Assembly (NCBI GenBank): GCA_949297665.1
Contig: CASFTO010000015.1
Span: 3,395 to 67,394 of the forward strand
Source of the DNA: an uncultured Alphaproteobacteria bacterium
GTDB taxonomy: Bacteria > Pseudomonadota > Alphaproteobacteria > RF32 > CAG-239
Direction of reading: 5' to 3'
DNA: 64,000 nucleotides
The translations under genes and the position numbers were made by a program. Numbering within the stretch: the stretch's first letter is position 1; the number at the start of each line of letters is the position of its first letter. Positions 1 through 8,901 of this stretch are shown here, piece after piece. Under the pieces are notes generated by a model. It was not told where the DNA came from. It did no database searches and worked only from the letters and a program-made list of their open reading frames with translations.

Positions 1-816
1 GGCAAAATCATGGTGTTCAACCAGTGTCGTTAATTCATTTAAGAGCTCTGCTTGCTCATCATTTTGTATATTTTTTTTAACCACCACGACCCTGTCAAAA
101 TTAAGTCCGGCAACAGTATCTTTGATTAGCGCAATACTTTTAGCCATAGCACTTTCACTAGAGGAAGAGCCATTTTGTTGTGTAACATTTTTATCATTTT
201 CAAAATCAAGATTTTCAGCAATATCATTAAACCGAGCGGCCAATTGCAAATCATCGGGAATATAATAAGTTTTCATATCAGAAATAGTTTGAATGGCAGA
301 AGTTAAGATAGGCTGATTTTGCGTCAATTGAGCCAATATTTCCGTTTCATTGGCAAAACTGCGATGATAAAGTGCATTTTCTTTAATAATCAAAGCAACA
401 CTTAAAGCCAGAGCTTCAGAATTTTTAGTTTCCTCCAACGCCTCCAGTTTATGAGCGAAAACACCGAACTGTTGCATTAAAATTCCGAATTTATTATTAC
501 CGACCTCATTTTTCAGCTCATTAAAATTTTCGGTAACAGACTTTAAGTTATCTTCCGTTGCTGAAATTCTCTGAGTGTTGGCAGAAATAATCGCCGGCAA
601 ATTTTGTAATTCGGCGATATAAGTATTTTGCTGAGATAATTTACGGACGAGATCATCAAAAGCCAACTGTTGAGATTTGTTTTTCGATTCGATAATAAAA
701 TAAGCCCCACCAATTGCGATACATTCAATAACAACGACAGCAAATCCTAAGGCAATCCATTTAAAATAGTTCTTATTAATTTTTTTATTTTCGGACTTAA
801 TAGGCTTATCTGACAT
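1..816 (-). CDS. Membrane-anchored coiled-coil protein, N-terminal part only (C-terminus lies beyond the window start)
   Basis: Missing from the ORF track because it has no stop codon in the window. Hand translation of the minus strand from the ATG (complement of 816-814) stays open for all 272 codons down to base 1: MSDKPIKSENKKINKNYFKWIALGFAVVVIECIAIGGAYFII...LVEHHDFA. A GGAGGAG Shine-Dalgarno sits on the minus strand (complement of 824-830). The product has one N-terminal TM helix followed by a polar helical region. Track ORF 543..743(-) is a different frame inside it. A HemX/Mic60-type identity is only a guess from topology and the divergent position next to tsaD. Confidence 0.6.
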   Translation of the reverse strand, partial: MSDKPIKSENKKINKNYFKWIALGFAVVVIECIAIGGAYFIIESKNKSQQLAFDDLVRKLSQQNTYIAELQNLPAIISANTQRISATEDNLKSVTENFNELKNEVGNNKFGILMQQFGVFAHKLEALEETKNSEALALSVALIIKENALYHRSFANETEILAQLTQNQPILTSAIQTISDMKTYYIPDDLQLAARFNDIAENLDFENDKNVTQQNGSSSSESAMAKSIALIKDTVAGLNFDRVVVVKKNIQNDEQAELLNELTTLVEHHDFA

Positions 817-896
817 TTTCTGTCTCCTCCATACAATAGTTGATTGCATTATTTGAAATATAGTTTATAAAATAAAAAAATAAACTTCAATATTTA

Positions 897-1985
897 TTGG
901 ATAAAGAGATGATAGTTTTAGGAATAGAAAGCAGTTGCGATGAAACAGCTGCTGCACTGGTTAATGAAAAAAAGGAAATTTTAGGAGAAGCACTCCTATC
1001 GCAAGAAGAACACAAAGCATTTGGAGGCGTTGTTCCGGAAATAGCCGCACGCTCGCACCTTGATCATATAGACAATATATTAGAACAATGTTTTGCTAAA
1101 ACAAATTTATCATTAGCAGATGTTGACGCCATTGCAGCATCCTCAGGACCGGGGTTAATAGGAGGAGTTGTTGTTGGTGTTATGACTGCAAAAGCCTTAT
1201 CAATAGCATTAAACAAGCCATTTATTGCGGTAAATCACTTAGAAGGTCATGCTCTTTCGGCGCGTATCAGTAATGATGTGACATTTCCATATTTACTGCT
1301 ACTGGTATCGGGAGGTCACTGTCAAATACTCGTAGTCAAAGATGTAGATAAATATGAACGTTTGGGTACGACCATAGATGATGCGGTAGGGGAGGCTTTT
1401 GATAAAGTCGCAAAAATGCTTGGGTTGGGATATCCGGGAGGTCCCGCGGTAGAAAAATTAGCAGCCACAGGAGATGAAAACAGGTTCACATTACCGCGTC
1501 CGTTAATTGGCAGTCAGGATTGTAACTTGTCTTTTTCGGGATTGAAAACAGCGGTAAGAAAGATTGTTGAAACGTATGCACCGGATGGAGAAATTGCGCA
1601 TGCGGATATTCCAAAGCATGATTTAGCAGATATCTGTGCTTGTTTCCAATATACGGCAACGGATTGTTTATGTCGGAAATTAAAAAGAGCAATTACCTAT
1701 TTTAAAGAAAAATATCCTAAAGGTAAGAATTTGGTTGTATCCGGAGGTGTCGCATCAAATACATATCTGCGAGCCAAGCTCCAAAAATTAGCAGACGATA
1801 ATGATTTAGTGTTTGCAGCGCCGCCGATTCGTTTTTGTACGGATAACGGGGTGATGATAGCATGGGCGGGTTTGGAGCGCTTTCGTAAAGGTTACACGAG
1901 CGAATTAGATTTCAAGCCCAGACCGCGATGGCCGTTAGACAGTGAAGCACCAAAGGCTGCCGGCGCAGGAGGTGTTAAGGCTTAG
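897..1985 (+). CDS. tsaD: tRNA N6-adenosine threonylcarbamoyltransferase TsaD (Gcp/Kae1 family)
   Basis: 362-aa ORF with the GIESSCDETAAALV N-terminus, the AVNHLEGHAL metal-binding His pair, and VSGGVASN and CTDNGVMIAWAG motifs. The track start is TTG at 897. ATG at 909 (MIVLGIESS) is the more likely start. Confidence 0.95.
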   Translation: MDKEMIVLGIESSCDETAAALVNEKKEILGEALLSQEEHKAFGGVVPEIAARSHLDHIDNILEQCFAKTNLSLADVDAIAASSGPGLIGGVVVGVMTAKALSIALNKPFIAVNHLEGHALSARISNDVTFPYLLLLVSGGHCQILVVKDVDKYERLGTTIDDAVGEAFDKVAKMLGLGYPGGPAVEKLAATGDENRFTLPRPLIGSQDCNLSFSGLKTAVRKIVETYAPDGEIAHADIPKHDLADICACFQYTATDCLCRKLKRAITYFKEKYPKGKNLVVSGGVASNTYLRAKLQKLADDNDLVFAAPPIRFCTDNGVMIAWAGLERFRKGYTSELDFKPRPRWPLDSEAPKAAGAGGVKA

Positions 1986-1998
1986 AAGGGGGAAATTA

Positions 1999-2640
1999 AT
2001 GCGTAAAAAACAAGAGATTTTAGCCATAATGGAAATTTTTAATCAAGAAAATCCCAATCCGCGGTGTGAACTAAATTATACCAATGCATATACATTGCTG
2101 GTGGCCGTGATGTTATCAGCGCAAACGACGGATAAAGGTGTGAATAAAGCAACAGTAGAATTATTTAAGATAGTTGATACACCACAAAAAATGTTAGAGT
2201 TAGGAGAAGAAAGGCTCATTTCCCATATCCGTACAATAGGTTTGTTTAACAACAAGGCAAAAAATATTCTATCAATGAGTAAAGATTTGATAGAGCGCTT
2301 TAACGGAGAAGTGCCGTCAAAGAGAGAGGATTTGGTAACATTAGCCGGAGTAGGGCGTAAAACGGCCAATGTAGTACTTAATGTTTGGTATAAAAAACCG
2401 GCACTAGCTGTCGATACACATGTATTAAGGATTTCGCATCGTCTTGATTTTAGCCAAGGAAAAACGCCTCTGGCCGTAGAAAACGACCTGCTGAATATTT
2501 TGCCGGAAAAATATATAATCAATGCTAATCATTGGTTGGTGCTGTTTGGGCGATATATTTGCAAAGCTCAAAATCCGCAATGCAATGAATGTCCGATTTA
2601 TGTATATTGTCACAGCAAGGATAAAAAACAAATAAATTAG
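1999..2640 (+). CDS. nth: Endonuclease III (DNA glycosylase/AP lyase)
   Basis: Contains LVAVMLSAQTTD, the HhH-GPD element LAGVGRKTANVVL, and a C-terminal 4Fe-4S Cys ladder CKAQNPQCNECPIYVYC. The track ORF begins at 1942 inside tsaD. ATG at 1999 (MRKKQEIL), just after the tsaD stop, is preferred. Confidence 0.95.
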   Translation: MRKKQEILAIMEIFNQENPNPRCELNYTNAYTLLVAVMLSAQTTDKGVNKATVELFKIVDTPQKMLELGEERLISHIRTIGLFNNKAKNILSMSKDLIERFNGEVPSKREDLVTLAGVGRKTANVVLNVWYKKPALAVDTHVLRISHRLDFSQGKTPLAVENDLLNILPEKYIINANHWLVLFGRYICKAQNPQCNECPIYVYCHSKDKKQIN

Positions 2641-2683
2641 AAAGTTTTTAACTATAATGCCATAAGATTAATATAACAAAATT

Positions 2684-4204
2684 ATGTTAAAGCGAGGCAA
2701 AATGACGGCTGAAACAGAAAAAGGATATTTCGCAAAAATATTCGCTAAAGCAATAATTTGGTGTTTAATAGCATATGGAATAGGTTTTGCGGTATGGACA
2801 ATTTTTTTTACAGAAACCGGGAATGGCGATAATGTAGAACATATCCATGCAACATGGTTGATTGCAAACGGTCGAGTACCATATCGAGATTTTTTCCAAC
2901 ATCATAATCCCTTGCTGTGGTATCTTTTTGCTCCGTTTATGCTATTAATAAAAACACCTATAAACATATTAAACATATTAGATATAGCGCATGCGGTCGC
3001 ATTAATTACCGGAATAGGCGCATTTTTTATTGTTTACAAAACAAGTAAGACTTTTTTTGCAACTAAATATGCCTCAGTATTAAGTTTATTAATTTTGTGC
3101 CCGCCTTATTATTACATTTATTGTTTCAATTATAATCCAGATACATTTATGGTTTTATTTTTTGCGGTAGGCCTGCATTTTCTTTTCACATACTGGCGAG
3201 ATAAAAAGAATAAAGATTTAGTATTATCTTTTATGAGCTTTTTTATAGCGGTACTGTTCACGCAAAAGATTCTGACTATTTTAGCGCCGTTAGGAGTAAT
3301 CAGCATTTATGTTTTCTATAAAGAAAAGACGCCGCTCAAAGATATAGGATATGCGCTGATAATTCCGACATTAGGGACGATATGTTTCTTGTCGTATTTA
3401 TACTATGAAGATGCTTTGAATTTGTATTGGCAATCAAATTTTGTATTTAACATAAGAATGCAAGAATATTATGGAAACAAAAAAATAGATATACTGGACT
3501 GTCAAGTTTTTTATACATCAGTTTTTTTTGCATTGGTAAGCATAATGACGCAATGGAAAAAAAGCGATATTTTCTATAAAACCACGGCTATTTTGTTTAT
3601 TTTAGAATTATTGCAACGGTGTTTTTATTTTTCAATTGCACCATATTATATGCTACCGTTAATGATGTTTACTGTGTATTTAAACAGTGTTCTGATAAAA
3701 AAGATGGCGGAAAGAAGCATGGTATTGATATACGCTTTATTAGTACTGTCATTATATTATGCTGGCATTTCTGAAACACGCTATTTACTATATAGAATCA
3801 CGGATAGAAGTTTCGCAAGGTATTTGGCAGCTAATGTGACGCCATGTGACTATGTCATAAATGGCTTTTTAGGCAATCAATCCATATTAAACAAGGATCC
3901 ACATTATTACTGGTCATTATTGGGGCATGTGGATATTGCAGGCGACGAATTAAAAATATATCCAAAACCGAATTTAAATGCGCTTGTTTTAAAGTACAAA
4001 CCCAAATTAGTAAGCGGAGAAATATATTGGAATAATTACTATTTAAATCGAGGGACAAATGTTTATGTTCAACAAATTTCACCTCAAATTTTAGATATGT
4101 ATTATTTGCCAACACCATTTAATGGTATGTATATTCTAAAATACGAATATCATGGAAAAAATTGTCACTATGATAAAGAGAATAGAGATTGGATGTATGA
4201 CTGA
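2684..4204 (+). CDS. Polytopic membrane protein, GT-C-type glycosyltransferase-like (ArnT/PMT/DUF2029-like), paralogue 1
   Basis: 506-aa ORF with many hydrophobic helices by eye. The first-loop motif GDNVEHIHATWLIANGRVPYRDFFQHHNPLLWYLFAPF resembles the Asp-containing loop plus aromatic-Pro motif of GT-C enzymes. It has a soluble C-terminal domain of about 130 aa ending NCHYDKENRDWMYD. Family assignment is from pattern memory only. Confidence 0.5.
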   Translation: MLKRGKMTAETEKGYFAKIFAKAIIWCLIAYGIGFAVWTIFFTETGNGDNVEHIHATWLIANGRVPYRDFFQHHNPLLWYLFAPFMLLIKTPINILNILDIAHAVALITGIGAFFIVYKTSKTFFATKYASVLSLLILCPPYYYIYCFNYNPDTFMVLFFAVGLHFLFTYWRDKKNKDLVLSFMSFFIAVLFTQKILTILAPLGVISIYVFYKEKTPLKDIGYALIIPTLGTICFLSYLYYEDALNLYWQSNFVFNIRMQEYYGNKKIDILDCQVFYTSVFFALVSIMTQWKKSDIFYKTTAILFILELLQRCFYFSIAPYYMLPLMMFTVYLNSVLIKKMAERSMVLIYALLVLSLYYAGISETRYLLYRITDRSFARYLAANVTPCDYVINGFLGNQSILNKDPHYYWSLLGHVDIAGDELKIYPKPNLNALVLKYKPKLVSGEIYWNNYYLNRGTNVYVQQISPQILDMYYLPTPFNGMYILKYEYHGKNCHYDKENRDWMYD

Positions 4205-5675
4205 AAATAAAATACAAAAGTTATTGTATATATATATGTTTGCAACGTTTCTGGCGTGCAGCTATATATATTGCTTTGTAGTCAAAGCGAATGGAGATAA
4301 TGTTGAACACTTGCATTTTTCGTGGTTAGTTTGGCAAGGATATGTTCCGTACAAAGATTTTTTCCAACACCACAATCCGTTAACATGGTATTTATTTGCA
4401 CCATTTGTGAATTTGCTGATAGATAATAAGATGATTTTTTCAATATTCAATCAAGTGAGTTATGTTGCTGTTTGCATAATGGCCTACTATCAATACCAAA
4501 TAATGATTCATAACCAAAACAGTAGAACAGCAGGACTATTTCTGATAGCAACGATAATTTCATCATATTCAATAGTGTGGGCGCTAAATTTCCGTCCGGA
4601 TACATTTGCATATATGAGTTTGGTTGCTGGTTTATTATATTTATTTAAATATATAAAAGATAGCCAATTATGGCAGTTGGTGGTTTCCTTTTTGAGCTTT
4701 TTTATAGCGTTTATGTTTACGCAAAAAGTCTTAATAAACCTAGTCATACCGGCAATGGGAATAATATATTTGCTATATAAAAAACAAATAAATTTTAAGG
4801 ATTTTACTTTATCCTGCATACTACCGATTTTACTCCTAGCGACATGGAGTGCATATTTATATAGTAAAGATATACTGGAATTGTATTGGCTCTCAAATTT
4901 TCCATATAACACCGGTATACCAGAGATATTTGCAGACAATAGAATAATTTTCCCACCAAAAGAATTTTATGAGTTTTACATATTTATACCATCAGGGTGC
5001 CTGGCATCTATTTATTTTCTGCTAAAAGGTAATGCGATAGAAAAAATTATGAGTTTAATGTTTATTGAGGAGGGAATAGTATGTCTTTTTTACTTTTCGG
5101 CATTTTTGCATTACAGTATATTTTGGTTAATATTGGGGATAATGGTAACGATAATGTTTTTAGATAAATTTTGTTCCCCAAAAATTATCAAAATAGTTTT
5201 AGGAACAATTTTTTTACTTTTTTCGCTATGGTACAATTACGAAAAGACGTATAAAGTTGAAGCACCAAAGCAAGGTTATATAAACGGGAATGAATTGGCG
5301 TTTAATGAATTAACTCCTTGTGATACAGCTATAAATGGGTACTATGCCGTTTATAATTTAAAAGCCAAAGATGCCGGATATTATGCTATTCTGTTGGGGC
5401 AAATAGATGTTTTGGGAGAAAAAAAAGGAATTGCCCCCAAAGCTGATTTGAATCATTTAATAAAGTCCAAGAAGCCTAAATTAATATCTGCTGGAATATA
5501 TTGGGATACATATTGGGAACAAAGAGGCATAAAAGTTCCGGCCCATCAAATTGATGAAGCTCTAGTGAATACTTACTATAATTACACAGGGATCGGAGAT
5601 ATATTTATACTCAAGCCGGAGTACCAAAGACAAGGATGTCACTATAATGGCAAGAGATGGGAGTATAAAGATTAA
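4197..5675 (+). CDS. Polytopic membrane protein, GT-C-type glycosyltransferase-like, paralogue 2
   Basis: Same architecture and motifs as the upstream gene (GDNVEHLHFSWLVWQGYVPYKDFFQHHNPLTWYLFAPF, C-terminal GCHYNGKRWEYKD). The track ORF starts at 4152. ATG at 4197 (MTENKIQKLL) overlaps the upstream stop by 8 nt and is the likely start. Confidence 0.5.
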   Translation: MTENKIQKLLYIYMFATFLACSYIYCFVVKANGDNVEHLHFSWLVWQGYVPYKDFFQHHNPLTWYLFAPFVNLLIDNKMIFSIFNQVSYVAVCIMAYYQYQIMIHNQNSRTAGLFLIATIISSYSIVWALNFRPDTFAYMSLVAGLLYLFKYIKDSQLWQLVVSFLSFFIAFMFTQKVLINLVIPAMGIIYLLYKKQINFKDFTLSCILPILLLATWSAYLYSKDILELYWLSNFPYNTGIPEIFADNRIIFPPKEFYEFYIFIPSGCLASIYFLLKGNAIEKIMSLMFIEEGIVCLFYFSAFLHYSIFWLILGIMVTIMFLDKFCSPKIIKIVLGTIFLLFSLWYNYEKTYKVEAPKQGYINGNELAFNELTPCDTAINGYYAVYNLKAKDAGYYAILLGQIDVLGEKKGIAPKADLNHLIKSKKPKLISAGIYWDTYWEQRGIKVPAHQIDEALVNTYYNYTGIGDIFILKPEYQRQGCHYNGKRWEYKD

Positions 5676-7481
5676 ATGTTTGATATAAAAAGAGGATTGG
5701 AAGTACTGCGCCAAAATGTAAAAATTGCGCCGGAAGCCCCCGGTGTATATAGAATGCTTAATGAAAAAGATGAAGTTTTGTATGTAGGTAAAGCAAAAAA
5801 CATCAAAAAAAGAATAGTGGCCTATACCCGAATAGAACAACTTACGACCAGGCTGCAAAGAATGGTTGCGGAGGTTGTTCGGATGGAATTTATAATTGTT
5901 GAAAATGAAAATAGGGCTTTGGTTGTAGAGAATGAATTAATAAAAAAACTCCATCCCAAATACAATATTTTATTAAAAGATGATAAATCGTATCCTCACT
6001 TGATGATGAATTTACAAGAAGAATATCCGGCTCTGAGAAAATTCCGAGGCCATCGAGGTGGAAACTGTCGATATTTTGGACCATATGCCAGTGCGACGGC
6101 GGTAAACGAAGTAATGGACACAATCCAAAAGGTTTTTATGCTGAGAAGTTGCCGCGATAATATGTTTTATAATAGGGAACGCCCATGTTTATTATATCAA
6201 ATAAAAAGGTGCAGTGCGCCATGTGTGGGCAAGATAAGCAAAGCAGATTATGATAAATCAGTAAAAGAGGTGATAGCCTTTCTGGAAGGAAAGAGTGCGT
6301 CAATACAAGAAGAGCTGTCAGCAAGAATGCAACAAGCAAGTGAGGCGGAAAATTTTGAAGAAGCCATAGTTTTACGCGAACGAATAAGAGCATTAACGGG
6401 AATACAAACCCATGCAAATTTAGAATATTCAGGACTAAAGTCTGTAGATATAATAGGCATTTCCTATAAAGATGAGTGGTACTGTATAGAAATATTTTTC
6501 ATCCGAGGCGGTCAGAATTGTGGAAACGCGCCATACTTTATCAAAAGGACAGAAGAAGCGTCTCCGGCAGAAGTTTTGGAGGCATTTTTAAGTAGTTTTT
6601 ACACCAATCATATAGCGCCCAAAGAAATATATGTATCAGAAAATCTAGAGAACAAGGAATTCTTAGAAGATGCGCTAGGCGCAAAGATTAGCAATTTCAG
6701 TAAAGGTAACAAATATAAACTTTTGGAAAATGCCAAGAAAAATGCCCTGGCGGCGATTGAACGCCGTCAGGCGGAACACCAAAGTATTCATAAAAATTTA
6801 GAAGAAATGCAAAAGTATTTTGATTTACCTCAAATACCCTCCAGAATAGAAATATACGATAACTCTCATAACCAAGGTAGCTATGCAGTCGGAGCAATGG
6901 TTGTAGCAACTCCGGAAGGATTTGATAAAAAATCATACAGAACATTTAACATAAAAGACAAATCTATTACAAATGATGACTTTGCAATGATGAAAGAAGT
7001 ATTACATCGTCGCTTTGAACGGATGAGTGAAGAAAATCGTCCGGATGTTATATTATTGGATGGGGGATTAGGACAATTACACGCAGTTCACGAAAGTTTA
7101 GCAGACTACGATTTAAGCGGAATAAGTATTATAGCAATATCTAAAGGAGTGGATAGAAATGCGGGTAAAGAATTTTATCATCAGAAAGGAAAAGAAAGTT
7201 TTGCTTTACCATATAGGTCGCCGATAGCCTTTTATCTGCAAATCCTAAGAGATGAAGCTCATAGATTCGCAATCGGTACACACCGAAAAAAACGAGCAAA
7301 ATCCATGACAAGATCAAGTTTGGATGAAATCGAAGGGATAGGAGCAAAGCGTAAAAAGGATTTATTACATCATTTCGGATCAGTTGACGCAATTAAAGAC
7401 GCCTCTGTAGAAGATATAAGCAAAGTATCTGGAATCAATAAAAAAACAGCTGAAAACATATATAATTACTTCCATAAATAA
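5676..7481 (+). CDS. uvrC: Excinuclease ABC subunit C
   Basis: 601 aa with the GIY-YIG motif GVYRMLNEKDEVLYVGKAKNIKKR, a central UVR-like helix region, an Endo V-like domain, and C-terminal (HhH)2 IEGIGAKRKKDLLHHFGS. Confidence 0.95.
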   Translation: MFDIKRGLEVLRQNVKIAPEAPGVYRMLNEKDEVLYVGKAKNIKKRIVAYTRIEQLTTRLQRMVAEVVRMEFIIVENENRALVVENELIKKLHPKYNILLKDDKSYPHLMMNLQEEYPALRKFRGHRGGNCRYFGPYASATAVNEVMDTIQKVFMLRSCRDNMFYNRERPCLLYQIKRCSAPCVGKISKADYDKSVKEVIAFLEGKSASIQEELSARMQQASEAENFEEAIVLRERIRALTGIQTHANLEYSGLKSVDIIGISYKDEWYCIEIFFIRGGQNCGNAPYFIKRTEEASPAEVLEAFLSSFYTNHIAPKEIYVSENLENKEFLEDALGAKISNFSKGNKYKLLENAKKNALAAIERRQAEHQSIHKNLEEMQKYFDLPQIPSRIEIYDNSHNQGSYAVGAMVVATPEGFDKKSYRTFNIKDKSITNDDFAMMKEVLHRRFERMSEENRPDVILLDGGLGQLHAVHESLADYDLSGISIIAISKGVDRNAGKEFYHQKGKESFALPYRSPIAFYLQILRDEAHRFAIGTHRKKRAKSMTRSSLDEIEGIGAKRKKDLLHHFGSVDAIKDASVEDISKVSGINKKTAENIYNYFHK

Positions 7482-7538
7482 AAAAACAGATTATGATACA
7501 TAAAAAATGGACTTAAATTAAGAGGAAAGGAATGTGTC

Positions 7539-8192
7539 GTGTATAGTCTACCGAATTTGCTGACAATTTCTAGGATTGTTGTCATACCGCTAATTTTCTT
7601 ATCAGTATATACCAAATGTGAGTTTTTTAATTATATGGCAGGAATACTGTTTATAGCCGCATCAATTACCGATTATTACGATGGTAAATTGGCGAGAGAT
7701 AGGGGGGAAGTATCCGCATTTGGACGGCTGTTGGACCCAATTGCCGATAAATTACTGGTGGCAACAGCATTAGTAGTAATTTTGGCTAAACCCGGAATGA
7801 TACACGAAATTAGCTATATTCCCGTTTTTGTGATTTTATGCCGTGAGTTGTTGGTTTCAGGATTGAGAGAATTTTTACGTGAAGTTAACGTAGGTTTACC
7901 AGTAACACGTCTTGCAAAATGGAAAACCGGTTTTCAAATGACAGCTTTAGCAATGATATTGTTTAAAGGGTGGTGGATATGGGCAAACATCGGAGAATGT
8001 TTATTGTGGGTTGCTGGTGTCCTAACCTTTGTCACCGGGTATCAATATTTTGAAAAAAGTTTGGAATATATAAGAAATGAAACAAAAGAAAAAGAGTCAA
8101 AGACGGAGGTGAAGAGCTCAGAAACTCATCAAGAAAAGAGAGCCCATAAAGTTACGAAAACTAAAAAAACAGTAGCAAAAGCTAAAAAATAG
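7539..8192 (+). CDS. pgsA: CDP-diacylglycerol--glycerol-3-phosphate 3-phosphatidyltransferase with a Lys-rich C-terminal tail
   Basis: Carries the CDP-alcohol phosphatidyltransferase motif DYYDGKLARDRGEVSAFGRLLDPIADK and several TM helices. The start is GTG. The last ~38 aa (NETKEKESKTEVKSSETHQEKRAHKVTKTKKTVAKAKK) form a charged extension. Confidence 0.9.
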   Translation: MYSLPNLLTISRIVVIPLIFLSVYTKCEFFNYMAGILFIAASITDYYDGKLARDRGEVSAFGRLLDPIADKLLVATALVVILAKPGMIHEISYIPVFVILCRELLVSGLREFLREVNVGLPVTRLAKWKTGFQMTALAMILFKGWWIWANIGECLLWVAGVLTFVTGYQYFEKSLEYIRNETKEKESKTEVKSSETHQEKRAHKVTKTKKTVAKAKK

Positions 8193-8201
8193 AGAGAAGC
8201 A

Positions 8202-8891
8202 ATGCAGGAGACGAAAAAACACATATTAGTCGTAGATGACGATACGCGTCTACGCAGTCTCCTGCAAAGATATTTGCGAGAGCAAAGTTTTCTGGTATCT
8301 GCAGCAAAAGATGCAATGGAAGCAGAAGATTTTATACAAAATTATTTATTCGACTTGCTAATAGTAGATGTAATGATGCCGAAAATAAGTGGGCTTGAAT
8401 TTCTGCACAAATTAAGACAAAAGGGAAATAGTATTCCGGTTATTATGTTAACGGCAATGGGAGAAACAGCCGATAGGATTTGTGGTTTAGAAACTGGTGC
8501 CGATGACTATATTCCAAAACCTTTTGAACCAAAAGAATTAGTATTACGTATTAACAATATACTAAAAAGAACTATAAAAGTTAAAGAGCAGTCTTCGAAA
8601 TTGATTTTTCATGGATTAAGTTATGATATAGAAAAAAGTGAGCTTAGAGATAATAATGGAAAAACAATACATATAACTCCGGTAGAAAAAACTCTGTTAA
8701 ATTTATTCGGTAGAAACGTAGGCGAAGTATATACACGAGAAGAATTAGCAGAAATATTAGGTGTTATGGAAAATCAAAGAACGGTGGATGTTCAAATAAC
8801 CAGATTGCGTAAAAAAATCGAAACAGATACAAAAAATCCTCGCTATTTGCAAACAGTAAGGGGAAAAGGTTATATGTTAATTTCAGACTAA
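8202..8891 (+). CDS. OmpR-family response regulator
   Basis: Receiver domain (ILVVDDD, DLLIVDVMMP, IPKPF) followed by a winged-helix output domain (RTVDVQITRLRKKIE...YLQTVRGKGYML). Confidence 0.9.
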   Translation: MQETKKHILVVDDDTRLRSLLQRYLREQSFLVSAAKDAMEAEDFIQNYLFDLLIVDVMMPKISGLEFLHKLRQKGNSIPVIMLTAMGETADRICGLETGADDYIPKPFEPKELVLRINNILKRTIKVKEQSSKLIFHGLSYDIEKSELRDNNGKTIHITPVEKTLLNLFGRNVGEVYTREELAEILGVMENQRTVDVQITRLRKKIETDTKNPRYLQTVRGKGYMLISD

Positions 8892-8901
8892 GGAGAGCAA
8901 A

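Noticed and set aside
543-743. Track ORF of 66 aa on the minus strand
   Set aside because: It lies in a different frame inside the 272-codon open frame 1..816(-), which has a proper RBS and a coherent protein-like translation.
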